DNA of 64,000 nt from Ptychomitrium polyphyllum (lineage: Eukaryota): NCBI GenBank assembly GCA_973851085.1, contig OZ316775.1, positions 19,406,001 through 19,470,000 on the forward strand, in the 5' to 3' direction. Within the stretch, counting starts at the first letter, position 1. Each line of letters begins with the position of its first letter. The notes beneath the pieces are model-generated. The model had not been told where the DNA came from. It saw nothing but the letters and a program-made list of their open reading frames with translations, and ran no database searches. Positions 1 through 13,510 of the stretch are shown piece after piece. The position numbers were made by a program, and so were the translations under genes.

Positions 1-33
1 ATCCGTTTATTTCTTCCCGTTTCCCCTTCATAG

Positions 34-3000
34 GATGTGGAAGGCATGATGTCTATCTCTACACTTGCTGCCAACGCAAGAGAATCACTAAAAGATGAGA
101 AAGAATTGGTGCAGTCATTTGAAGTGCGCAACTCTCATTTTAAAGCAGCTCCAAGTCTCCACCTCTTTATTTACTATGTTTTATATTTGGCTTGCTTTAT
201 CCGATTGGACTGAATCTTATGAGACGCTTCAAGATGAAATCTCGGCGTTCATATGCAAGTTCAGAGACCTTGGGTGTTGAATATTATCATGTGTGTATGA
301 TTGTATTATTCTTTGGTTTGGATAGGCATTGACTGCCTTGGAGCAAAAGAGGCGGTTTGCTTTGGCTACTGTTTCGACGCGTGTGGAGGAAGCCAGCAGA
401 TTGACGTCCGTGATTATCTTCTTCAACTTTCTTTTCGGTTCGTCTATTTTTCCTCTGACAAAGTCTGTATGTATTCTGGTTGTTGCTCACCTGTAAACTC
501 GAATCATCTTTTAATCTTGTAACCGGCGACGACGCCATGTCAGTGCCTTCTTTGAGGATGTAAGAGAAACAAGGACAATCTTTGAACAAACCTTATGGGG
601 CCACATTCGCAACTATTTTTCAGCTTGCAAAGACAAGGTCGCTATAATCACTTATAAGCAGAACGCAAGTAGGAAATGATGCATTACAAGTAACTATTTT
701 ACCTGCTTAAAAATTCTGACATTAAAAGCCCAAATGTACTGAAGTTCTGAAGTATTTCAATGTACGCAGTTTCATAATAATAAGTCAATAACTACCAATG
801 TCTTTGGGTTATAAACGTTGTGTATGTGCAGCCCACAGACTCTTGTTCGAGCTTTATGGTAAAAAGAAAAATAATAATGAAACTTCACGAGTTTACTTTT
901 TCACATGCATACATAATAATGAAATTTTCCAAATATGATAGAAATAGAGGTGAATTTGCAAGAAACTTCATATTGTAATGGTGGATATAGATATTCTGGA
1001 TTATTAGTAGTCTTTTACACATGAAAGTTTGTGATAATTGCAAGTATATATAACGCAAATCAAGATCTTGAACACTATATTGTCTTTTTGCCTTGAGAGT
1101 ATATGGTTGCGTGGGTATCTGTGGATGTTGGAAGTGTTGTGGAAATGCAAGAGATTGCAGAGCAACAACAGTCAGAAGAGGAAGTTGCTGAAATGACCAT
1201 TACTGATAATGCCGACCCAAATGCCCCATCTCCAGCTGCTGCGAAAGGAGACTTACAGCTAGTTCCAAGGTAGACCAACATTTCTGTTGCAGTTGGGTTG
1301 CGGGAATTAACACTTGCTTGATGATGTTTCTCAATTGTAGACAATCATCTGCTCTTCCATTTCACAGCAGCAACCCGAAGTTCTATTTGTACTTTAAAAG
1401 TCTGTAGTACAGGTGACCTGTTTTCACGTGAACTTTTCGTTTCTCAATTGAATTAGTTTGGTTCAAATAGGGGATCGGAATCCAGGTTCAATATGCTTTC
1501 AGATTCTGTCTTCCATTGCAAAATTTGAGGCTCACTGTTGGTTATCATTTGATTTCTAAAAATAGGAAACCCCTCTAAAACATTCTAGACCGATATTCTG
1601 ATATCGAAGAACAGACTAACTAAATGACAGAATATAGCTCTGGTTATTCGTTTCTCTTCAATTGAGTGAAAGACGGCTTGTGATGGCTATACTAGGATGT
1701 CAGGAGAAGCACTGAGTGCTCGCAAAGCAAGCTTAGTAAGGAGAAGCATCTCATTACCAGCTGGATTTGATGGAGAAGGACGTCGAGCTGAGTTGATTGG
1801 CGTAGATTGTCCCATTACAAGTAGGGGATACAAGGACCGCTGCTACGTCGAAATCCAGAAATCGATTAAGAAGAGATTTACAAACCTTCTTGAAACTGTA
1901 TGTAATCCCAACAACTTTGTGTTACGTGCTACTTTGAACAATGTAATTGAAGTAAATTAATCGGTCTGTCCTGTGGCGAAGATAATCCCCACAGCATGGA
2001 CGAATTAATTGGGTTCAATGGACCTTTGGTAGTCAATGTGTGAATTTATAGCTAAATTGCAATTTTCAATGACTACAAACAGTTTCCTGGAGATGTTCGT
2101 AGTAGATCACATGATGATTTGTGTAAGTGAAGTACCGCTGCATTATTACTTGTTAAATTTGCTTGAAGATGCAGTTGGTTGCAGGTGATTTAAGCACGGC
2201 TTTGCAGGAAGCAACAGTGGTAAGCCATGTAGGATAACTCAAATTGGAGAGTATGCAGAACCTTGCAAGATATAAAAACTGAACAATCTTTTTGGCAAAC
2301 CTCGTGATTTTTGAGAAAATAACCGTCAGTCTTACATGCTTGTAAGGACAGATAACTCAGGAGTTGTCTGACAACTACGATTATGTGGCCCCTTGCTTTC
2401 CGCCCAGGTTTTATTTTGTAGCCTAAACTATAATCGACCTACTTTAGCCACTTCATATCTTATAGGAATGTAAAAACAAATCTAAACTTGTAAATTTCTT
2501 CCATTTACTATCACAGATACCAGATCTTCCAGGTGACAGTGCAGTCCTACACAGAACGCTTCGTACAGATGCTGCGTAAATTGAGTGACAGAGCGAGTGA
2601 CCTATCCAATCAAGAAATTTTAAAGGTTGGGTTTTAGAGTCAGTTCTGACTATTAGTTTTATCTGTCATGTCGGCCCAAGAAGATCACATTTGACTTCAA
2701 TATTAAGAGACTAGTTGATGATGCAGATTACAGAATGGGTCCTTCAGTACCAAGAGCAGTTACTAAGTCTGGGAGTAGAGGAAATGCTTGCATCAGTGTG
2801 TGCGGAAAGTGGAGCTATAGATCCTCTTTTCAAAACATACATCCTTCGCATGAAGGGTACCATGCAGGTCTGCAACATAGGGTTTAGCGTTTAGGGTTCC
2901 AATGAACATGTTTTGCTTGCTAATTCACAGTATCGTGTACTACAGTGAGCCAATGAATTTGGGCGAAAAGCAAATTATAACCTCATGTACTTGACAGGTT

Positions 3001-5720
3001 CTAGAGGTTCTGGAAAACACAAGCTATTAAGATTTTTTAATGGAATTATTATGAATTGAATGCTAATGCAGAGAATGTGTTCGAATATTTTAGACGCTGA
3101 CAAAGTGAATCCTCCAAAGAGAACCGAGATTGGACGATTGTGGACACCCGCGGGAGTGGACCTCTTTCGCCTTCTTAATGAGCAAGTCAAAGTTGTTCAA
3201 GAGACGAGCACTGATCTTATGCTCTTTCATGTTGCGGTAGCCAATATTCAGGTCTGATATTCTGAATTTTCATGCACAGCAATCATTAATACATCTCTTC
3301 ACAGATTGTAGATACAAGAAGTACTTAGGGTTCTAGTGATACGTAACTGAGTCTCTAAAGGTATTTAGATTTTTTGGTTACACTTGGTGTTGTTGAAAAC
3401 TTGCAGCTGATGCAAGAATTCCAAGAAGCGGAGAAGAAGTGTTTTGAAGAACATCCTCTAAACGTCGGTCTAGAAACTCTATGTGTCATGGTAAGAACAA
3501 CGGTTATCTTCCATATGCTCTCGGAGAATGATTGCAAGAACTTATCATCCGTTTAACAATCTTTGATAGCAGTTCAGCTTTGACTATGGCTGTGTTTGAA
3601 ATGTGGTGTGAATGATATTGCAGGTGAACAATAACCTTAGGTGTCATGAAATGACCAACGACATGAGCATTTCCATCTTTGAAAACCTTCCTCTCTCCTA
3701 CGTTGAGCAGGTTCGAAACGAAATAAATAAAGAGCCTAGATCAAAACCCTTCATAGTTCTTATATATCTTGAAGAATTTGAATGGCAAATCGCATGATAC
3801 TTCTGGTGATGTGAATTTCAGGTCAGCTTTGATGATGTTTCTCAAGGTTTCCTTACAGTTGCGAAGGTAGGTACTGACTGGTTTTACATTATTCAAATAA
3901 GTGAGCTGCTCTACATTATGTGATGAGCTCGAAGTATAGGGTTGAGATTGTGGTATATATATATGGGTGATGGCAGCTTGCAGTTCAGCATGGTGTAAGA
4001 GTTATCTTCGAAGACCCAGGTGTAAAAGAACTCCTTGCAAAATTGTACCAGCAAGGTGGGCTTCACTGTTTCTTATCAAACTAAGTCTTCAGTAATGCAA
4101 ACTCTCATCATCGATTTTTTTCCGCTTATTCTTGAATATTGCTAAACACTACAACTGCACATCATTAGTCATGCGCTTTAAAATGAAAAGGATACTCTAA
4201 TTCTGACTTGGAAATGTATTGTGGGGCTGGATTCATCTTTTGTCAAACTAGAATGGCTTGATTGCATGGTGACAGAATATTTGATACCTACATTTGAGGA
4301 CTATTTTGAAGACATCAAAGTGTGAGTCTTACTCTTTTCAAATGAGTTCATTTTGCACATAACTGTAGATTTGCATCAACTTCGTTGAAATGTTTAACGT
4401 TCTTCGTATTTGTGTTTATACTTATGATTAATGAGTTGGTGCTCATTTTAACGGCAGGTACTTGGAAGAGGAGTACTTCCAGAAGTATGTCGAATTTTGT
4501 ATTGAAGAAACAGTTGTGATATACATAGACCGACTTCTCATACAGGTAAGCACATTATCTCAAAAGAATGGTTGACAGTATATTATTGTAATGCTCAAGT
4601 ACAGATGCCTGATTTAGTTCCATAGGCGAAAGGGAAGCTATTCTTCTGTTAGATTGTATGTTAGGTATCCTTGTTAAAAGATCATAGCATTTTATTTTTG
4701 TTTGAATTTGATGTTTAATGGCTGTAGAGAAACTATATAAAGGAAGAAACTCTGAATAGGATGAAACAAGACACGGAGATGTTGAGCATATTTTTCAGAG
4801 AAATTATCAGTTTTTCTGTGAGATACAATAGCATGTACCAATAATTTCTAGCTTGTATTATTTCGTTTAACCTTGATGTACCAGTTTCCAATAGTCAGGG
4901 TTTTGCAAAAAACGAAAACTATTGTCAACAAACGTACTGGAGAAATACTGCTGAATCTATCAATATCACTTCGTTTTATTGGTTTAATTGAATTTTGAAC
5001 GCATTGAAGATAATTTTAGACTTTATGTTAACTGACACAGTAAATTGGAAGAACAGAAAGTAGAGAAACGGTTGCAACCTCTAGCTGACATATGGGAGTT
5101 AGCTTCTTCCGAGAGTGTTGACGCCTACACTTTGGCTTTCACTAATCTTTTGCAAAACCATCCAGACTGTCAAGTGAGTTAAACTCTCACCATGTAGATA
5201 TTGCAACAGTATGACAAAGTATTTCTATGTCATGTGATTTTCAGGGTATTATGTTTCTGACCTCTAGATTCCGTTAATTTTCTTTTGTTAATCATAGAGT
5301 TGCGGACTTTTATAAAATGGAAGTAACTTTGTGATTTAATGACAGCCTGAAGTCGTTGAAAAGTTGGTTGGTTTGCGGGTAGGCATTCCACGGAAAGATG
5401 CTCGAGCGGTATGATTGAATTTTGAATGATATTCTGTTCAAGTAGTAACATAGTTTTTAAAGACACTTAATGTTGAATCTAAAATGGTGATGTTCTATCA
5501 ATCCTCGTATTTTGGAAAGAATATCTCTACTCTATTAAAACTATCAAGTATATATTTTACTTTTTCTTAAAACTAAATGTGCTTAAAATTTAATGTGTAG
5601 GTGATAGCTGAATGCAAAGAGTTGTATGCGGCCTCCCTTCGTGATGGCAACCTACCTAAGCCAGGACATGTATTCAGCAAATTAACAGCCCTTCCAAAAC
5701 CAAAGCAAATAAAAAAGTAA
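34..5720 (+). CDS. SEC6: Exocyst complex component SEC6 (EXOC3) family, >20 small exons, 5' end outside window; appears divergent
   Basis: Spliced peptides [30 protein letters not shown] (34-123), [110 protein letters not shown]; last exon 5601-5720 ends in TAA; GT-AG junctions. Confidence 0.93.
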
Positions 5721-5935
5721 TATCTTACTTAGACTTAGCCTCCAAGATTCTATCTAACCCCATTCGTGAATTACTTGAATGGAGTGAGGGTGGTGGATCC
5801 AAAGAGTATTGCATATGAAAACTGAATGACATACACGAAATCCTGCATGTAGTATTAAACTAATATAGCTCAGGCTCTGAGTCCGATTTGCCCTGTCCTT
5901 ACAATACATGTTCGTTCATAAAATGTTTCAGATTC

Positions 5936-5976
5936 ATGGTACTACAGCAGAACAGCAGAATGGTACTACAGCAGAA
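5936..5976. repeat. Short direct repeat ATGGTACTACAGCAGAA x2 in the SEC6 3' region
   Basis: Read directly in the sequence. Confidence 0.8.
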
Positions 5977-8900
5977 TATGAGTTTTTTTCAAAGTTCATT
6001 AGAATGTCAGAGCGTGCATGTCATGTGTTCCTAACTATGAAGTTCATGCCATGGCTGATTCAGAGTCATTTGATCTCTTCACCTTTGAATTCACAACTGC
6101 TGCACTGTAGTACTGAACAATCTGAGTTATACTTTGTTACTTGGAAGTGTTCTGGACATTGTAACTATTGTAGCTGAAATTCACACTCTACAACATCAGA
6201 AATTTCAATATCAGCAGTGTTCACTCTAAGGTCTAAAGTTTGTATATACTGTTCTATTCAATATGTTAGCATATGTCACCATGAGATTTATCATGGAATT
6301 AGAGTAGCCATATACAACTGTGACCTATTGATACAACAATTTTATGTTTAAATACATGAGAAAGTAAGTCTTATAGCATCTCAAGCACGCTTTGCTAGAT
6401 TTTAGGAAAATGGACAATAAAAATGAGGAAGCCTCTAGAAGAAGAATTGGTGCTTTATATATGTACCAAGAACTATTAATGTTTCTAAAGGAAGAGAGAA
6501 CATATGTGTTTTATTGTAATATGTAGAAGGATGGTTAGACATCTTAACAATAAATTCAAGTAGACTTGAAGGACCTGTAAACTTTAGAGCTTTGTCTAAA
6601 AAGAATATTCGAAAGCTATGAATTGTAAAATATTGTACAATTCCTATGACATCTCTACAAAATAGAATTGAAGTTGACTTTGACAATAGACAAGCAATAA
6701 TAAGCACAACAACAGAGTTAATTAAAGATGTATTCATCACTATTATGAGCCATTTTAAATATTTGTACATCTATTAGGCATACCTATATAAGATTTATAA
6801 TGCAATATTAAGATTTCAAAAACTTATACTTATCATGGAGATTGTATTGGTTCAAAAAGAAGAGATGATGTTAATGGAGTATTATCCAGTGGAGTCAAAA
6901 GATATTGTCAATCAACTTAAGGCAATGAAATTCACCATTCTAAATGTCTTATTTATTTTATTATTGCTAAATTTTTTGCTAGAATTGTATTAGAGAAAAC
7001 TAAGTATGTTTTTATATAATATGTTTTTAAAAATGAAGTCAAGCTTAGGACATAATTTGGACCCAAATACTATGTGACATCTATTGATAACGTCACTTAT
7101 AAGCTAAAAATATCACTTGCCAAAATCAAAACACTATATTTGCAAAATTTAATAAATTTAATATTATTTGAAGTAGCATTGTGTACCAATTCCACTAAAT
7201 AGAAATAATGTAGTTTAATTTTGGCAGATTTTCCTTCATTTAGTGTAAATTCCATATTAATTATTGTTTGGTGCTAATTAAGGCTTAGAAAAAGTGTTGA
7301 ATAAAAAATTCTATTGGTTTGGCATTCTTCTTCTGTAGAAAAGAAGAAAGCTTGATTTAAGAATAGTGATCTTTACTTTGTTTCCTTGAAGGTGAGTTTG
7401 TACTTTTGTTACTTAATTTTGTATGTTGCAAATGCAACAATGGTTATGGTACTCAATTAATTGCATGTAGAGATCTTTATTTAGACAACAAATGGATTTG
7501 AAGAATCACACACTACAAACCAATTACAAAAAAAATATGAATCAAATGCATTTGAATTTAATGGATTATATTGTTGAAAATATTCTATCCATATTGAGAA
7601 GAAATGTTCTTTCATTCTACAAAGCAATGAAATTATGATATAAGAGAGTTCATTCATCATTTGTCACAATCCAACCTTTGATCATAAGCTTCATTGAAAA
7701 AATATTGAAAAAAATATTTTCAAAGAAGAATTTAGAAGTCTCACATGAAAGAATACATGGAACAAGAATTCACATACAAGCACCAAAGCACAAGAAAAAC
7801 AAATTAAGAACAAAGATGTTTCAATATAGGCTATTAAACTTGGACAAAAGTAAAAAGGAATATTGTCCATCATTAAAGAATTCATTTTATCTTGGAACAC
7901 TACTATTAATGAGTTGCAGTAATCTAATGCAAATGAATTGGCTTGTAGGACCATGCATGAAATAACAACCTCCTTTAATTAACAATGGAAAATTTCTATT
8001 TGTTTTTTATCTCATACTAGAAATTTAGCTCTTTGATAAATAGCATGAACACCTTTATTTTAACTCTTCTTCATTGAATCATATCCATTTTCAATTCCCA
8101 TTAAATTGCAATCAACTTTCTTTAAATTATAGAACACCATATTTAATACAATGAAAAATTTCAAAGTTCCAAATGTTAGCATTGTATAGTAATTATGTAG
8201 TAGTTAAATAATTCTAGAGTTGCTATTTTGCTCCATTATAGTGAATATGGTAATTTAGGCCTTTGGTATGGAAAAAATTAACATTTAAAGAGGTATAATA
8301 TATAACAAATAAAGAAAGTTGGTTTTTTTTAAATCACATTTATATAGATAACATTAATCAAAGATGAAAGTTGCAAATAATAATAATCATCAATAATAAG
8401 AAGTACATATGGAGTAACATAAATTTTTTTAAAACTACTACATTGGTGGCTTTACAATTGAAAAATACTTATCAATAATGCTTTGGTGAATGCACTAAAT
8501 TAAAAAATTTACTAAAAAAATTTCAATAGATTTTGATTTGGAACTAAGATGATCAATTATTATGAAATGTTCATTAAGATAAGTGTGAAGAAACTAAAAT
8601 GCTTTAGTCACAATTCAAAATTCAATTTGTAGAGGTGATTGCATCAATTATGTTACTTCATCTTTTTCATCTTGAGTTGTATTATTCATTTCTACCATAT
8701 GAACAAAGAAGGAGCATTAACAATTCCTTAGTATAATTTATAGTAACAAGAGGAGGCTACATAGAAAATTCCAAATCATAATCCTAAATCTATTCATTTT
8801 TATGTAATTACACATACAAATGATTATTTTTACATAATACATGTTAGTAGAAATACCACATAGTAGTATAAATAATAAAAATAAAATTTATCAAGGATGG

Positions 8901-9844
8901 ATTGACAAAGGAGAAAGTTTAATTTTTTTTATAGTTATATGATACTTAACATATAACATTTATAAAGGAATTTTTTTTAGAAACGCCAAAGAGATAACAA
9001 TTAGGACATTATAACGTTTAAAGAAGTAACATTTAAGAAGAGTTGGCTATAATTCATGCTTCTACACCAAACTTTCAGCCTCTCTTAATTCCCGAGCCTT
9101 GTTAAACCAACTCACTTTGATGAATATTATATACGCATTAAGAAAAACCAGCTCTCCCTCTCTCCCTCAACTTTGCCAATTTGCAAGACCGAAAAAGTTG
9201 TTAATTATGTGAAAAACGTTGATAGCAAATCTTGAGAAAGATATAACCTTCAAAACTGCTCAACATGAACCCCAATGGCAATCATCTATAAACAAAGATG
9301 CATTTGACACATACTCTCCACGTGTGTAGCGGCAACAAAGTCTCTAATGTCCTTTTGAAACAATCAAAAAGTTCTTCAGTTTGTGATGTGCCATCCGATA
9401 CATAAGGAAGCTTGCACATCAAAAACAAGATCTCAAAAGCAACCCTGTAAACATCAGATCACTGAAGCGTAATGACACTCACATCCAACTTCTCCCTCGC
9501 AGTCAGTCTCACACTTTTTCAATGGTTAACTTTTACTCATCGGTATCAAATACAACAACGATATTGAGCCAGTGCTGACAATGCAGTGGAATTATGTATG
9601 CTCGACAACACACATGTTATCCCAATGCATTTCCAACACCAAACTGCTATCGTTTCTGGTACAGAAAACGGACGAAGAAGGATTCGGATGCACTCTGAAA
9701 CGGTCTGGTGTCCATTCATCCCACTAGTTAGAGTTCACCAGATTGTGATGTTGCCATAACTTGAGGTTCCAAAAAATGGTATCGAAATGGAACAAGCCGA
9801 TGATCACAGCTGATAGTTTGGAGGAAAGCTGGAGCTATGGCGAG

Positions 9845-9990
9845 GCCACGTCCATCCACGGCGGGCACTCTCGCTTCGAGTTCCACGTCGGGGTACGTGA
9901 TGCATGCACGGCTCTCCAGATGGCGATGAATTCAATCCAGGGACGAGGCTCATGAATCTCCGCACACGTATGGCAGTCACGCTATAAGAC
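9845..9990 (+). promoter_or_regulatory. ACGT-core (ABRE/G-box-like) cluster plus TATA-like box upstream of ELIP
   Basis: GCCACGTC 9845, CCACGTCG 9883, TACGTG 9894, ACACGTA 9964, CTATAAG ~9982. Confidence 0.65.
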
Positions 9991-10150
9991 TACATACAGC
10001 TAGTGATTATTCATCTCTCCTGTTTCATATCGCATTGAGTTGCTGGTGGGAATCATACAAGCGCGTTTTGCGTGATCATCTTGGATGAGAGCTGAAACTA
10101 TTCTTCTCTAGCTGCTGTGTGAGAGGAGTTATTATCTTTTCAGTTTCGTA

Positions 10151-11177
10151 ATGGCAGCCATGATGGTGTCGCAAATGAGTGTGCCTACAGCTCTGGGTGG
10201 GATCAGCGCCTTGCCATCGCGAGTCGCAGGTTTGTCGTCACAACCTCGGGCGAATGTGTTTCGTTTGAGGACGAGTCATGTGCAAGCGGGGCGAGTGCGG
10301 TGTGAGGCAGGCGGTGACCTTCCTAAGGCACCGACTCCAGAAGGCGACTTCGACCGCGCTACAAAGAAGACGATCACGAGAGAGGAGGTGCTCCAGCATC
10401 AGGCAACGGACGAGTCCGAGCAGAGGTCCATTTTCGGTGAGAAGCCCACCTCCGGGTCGCCGTATGGCCGTCCTGAAGTCGAGCGTAGGCCCGAAACAGG
10501 GGATACCTCCCTGTGGAGCGTCTTTGCCTTTGATGGCGCCGCCCCTGAGACCATCAACGGCCGCCTGGTATGCCATCCCTCCTTCCATTACCCGTACAAA
10601 AACATTACCAGACTTCAGCTTTCCTAACCAATTCTCTTTCAGAAACAATCGTGAGCAGTCTTAGTTCTCTTTAGCTTAGGGTTTGCTGTTCTCTTCTCAC
10701 CTTGAAATGCATTACCATTCCTCTAGCCTTTCTTCAACATGAATATTGAAGGATTTCCGGTCGACAGCATGATTGTCCTCGATCATCGTAAGTCTGTTCG
10801 TTCGCTACGTTAGGGTTTGGTGTTGTTACCGCTGACCTTGAATTGGGCGTTCACAGGCGATGGTAGGGTTCGTATGGGCGTTGGTGGGGGAGAAGCTCAC
10901 AGGCCTCTCTGTGATCGACCAAGTTTTCAGCCCCGGCAGCACAGGTTTGATTTGGTTTCTGGCGTCAGTCCAAATCCTGACTTACGCATCCCTGGTACCG
11001 ATCTTCAACGCCAAGGAGTCCACCGACGCGCGCAGCTTCGGCCCCTTCACAGCCAAGGCAGAGAGATGGAATGGACGGGCGGCCATGATCGGATTCTTTT
11101 CCCTCATCGTGACCGAGCTCTTCTTCCAAGGACCCATCTTAAAACTATTTGTTAACAACGTTGTTCCTCCTGTCTAG
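10151..11177 (+). CDS. ELIP: Early light-induced protein (ELIP, three-helix LHC-like); exons 10151-10567 and 10857-11177
   Basis: Transit-peptide-like N-terminus; joined peptide FDGAAPETINGRL|AMVGFVWAL and second LHC motif AERWNGRAAMIGF; phase-0 GT-AG intron. Confidence 0.92.
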
Positions 11178-11482
11178 AGTCTTATCGTTCTGTTTCCTTA
11201 GAATATTCTAAGCACCAATCCAATTTTGTGGAGTTGAAGAGTGTACATGTTGCGGCTAATAAAGAGAGATGATTGTTACATATGCATGTAGAGACAAATT
11301 GGTAGAATTGCTGTATATACATTGCCCTTGATGGAAGTAAATGATTTTTATTCAAATGCTTATCGTGTTCTTATTGTGGCTGAGTTTCTGGAGACTCACA
11401 ATCAACTAGTGGTTGTCATGCATGTTTTTCCTGTGAACCTATAATGCATTCTCTAATTCCATGTATTAAGAGTATATTTAAA

Positions 11483-12300
11483 TTACGTAGCCTTAGCAGA
11501 TGTGAAAAGGCCATTTTCATACGCCCATTCTGCATCTGCCTCCAGCATCTTTTCAAAGGCAGGTCGTTATGTAATGTCATCATACTACGCCATAATATGC
11601 TTTCGGCTTGTGATGAGCTCCTGCCGATGCATCGTCACTCGGAGGAGATTCAGGGCAATGTCCATGTCCACCATGCCGTAGAAATTTCCCGCCAGATACT
11701 TTCTTTTTGACAATCGATCCTCAAAAGACATCAAAGGCTTTTATAAGTTTCTCAAACAGCTCACTGACGAAGTCTTTGTCTGCAGGCTGTTTGAGCCATG
11801 ACTATTTCAGTGCCTTCGAATACAAGCGTGCGAAGGCTGCATCGTTGAAAGGGGTGTGCTTCCACTTCGACTTACTGGTTGACCAACGCTTGTTCCTCCA
11901 TTGTGCTCCTCAATAACGACGAGTTCTTTGATTTGAATTATCGGGCAGTGTACCAAACCATTGCATCATATGATCAACATATTGTCTGGATCAGCACTTA
12001 ATCAACATCTTTCTGATTACAACAGATCCCCTTAAGTGTACATATTTGTGTTGATGCCATTTAAAAAGTTAATAAAGGAAAAGGAATTACACCCCAAAGA
12101 TGAAAGTCGCCACTTTCAAATACTGGAATCTGGCGGAAGGACTGTAAATCAACAGATTTCAAAGAGTTTACGTGCCAGATGAGTTCCTAGCAAATATATG
12201 TGGTGAAGGCAACTTCGTGTTGGCCAAATTCAACTCTGTTTACATCCTGGAACGGAATGGAATGAAGCTATGGGTCCAAGTTCACAATTTCCAATTCAAA
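11483..12300 (-). pseudogene. GSTF: Phi-class glutathione S-transferase pseudogene
   Basis: 49-bp exon 12141-12093 SFRQIPVFESGDFHLW flanked by AG/GT; last exon ~11990-11483 SSLLRSTMEEQALVNQ*VEVEAH...EKLIKAFDVF/EDRLSKRKYLAGNF...ELITSRKHIMA*YDDIT*RPAFEKML with several stops and two frameshifts. Confidence 0.85.
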
Positions 12301-13510
12301 GTTTTGCAAGATATAATCTTGCAGATAGTAATGCCAAAATGAATTGCAATAACCACTACAGCTAAACGCACTACAGTATAGAAGAAAGTCCTGGAAGGCA
12401 AATTGATGTATTGTCGAAATCAAAAATATTGTCCAACAAGACGTTTTGCATGTCCAACAACCTCAATGTTGTCTTCTCAAAAAATGGTTGGTCATACCTC
12501 ATATTCGAGGAGGACCGAGGATTATATAGCTTGGACAAGAGACACAAATTCTAAAACTGAGGAATTAGAAATGTACTGTACAAGAAGAACCGTAAGCCAT
12601 GATAAGATGAGCTTCATGCAATACAGATTGCAGTACAGTGCAGGAAGTTATAGATTGTCTACTACCAGTGCACACTTGATGAGTTCGATGAATGGAAGCC
12701 AGCAGCGGCTATATATGGCAATGACGATGCCAATACCAATATACCCACATAGTTGACCTTACCAATATCTCTTTGTCTCAGATATATTGGCAGATAGCTC
12801 AAGGTCAACAGCGCACTATTGACTTCTGGTTGACAACATCGATAACTGCGTCTTTGTATATTCTCTGTGGTTCATAATACTTGTCTTTCCTTGGCGGGGT
12901 CCTATATTCTTGTCCGGATGATTGGTCTTGGTCTTCACAAAGCCAAACACAAAGCAAAACACAAAGCAAAGATATAAATTTCCTCCTCCTATTAGTCCAG
13001 AAGTTGAAGCCGACCTAAAGGACTCATCACTTCCATCGAAGGCCAGTTAACCTCAAAGCTGAAACTTTCATGACTTTGACCTCAACTATTAACGGCTTCG
13101 CAGAGTCCGTCAGAAAGTTGCCCAGAACTTCCCCATCAGTAGTGGCAGTAAACCATTTTAGCGGGGTCATTATTTGACCACGAATTTTTATGTAGCATAC
13201 TAGTATGCTTCACTGCTACTACCTCGGGTTCCTTCCCATTAAGCTTGCTGACTGCAAATCATGTTATATGAAAAAGTTCTAACAGAACCAAGAAACAAAT
13301 TATCTATCCTACACAAGTATGCCAGAGAAGTAATCAAGCAATCGACTATGAGCATCTCAAAACCAAGGATGATATTTTATCAAATAAAAATGAACGTTGA
13401 TTTAGCCCCTGTTATACAATTCTCGCGATATAGTTACAAAATTCTAAATCTACACCGCAGAGCAGACTATCTCGTATGAACACATGACTAAAGCATCTCT
13501 CAGGATGTGG

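Noticed and set aside
2878..2899. Telomere-like TTTAGGG/AAACCCT units (also near 10680, 38085, 60168, 62947)
   Set aside because: One- to two-unit telo-box motifs are common in plant introns and promoters; not an interstitial telomere.
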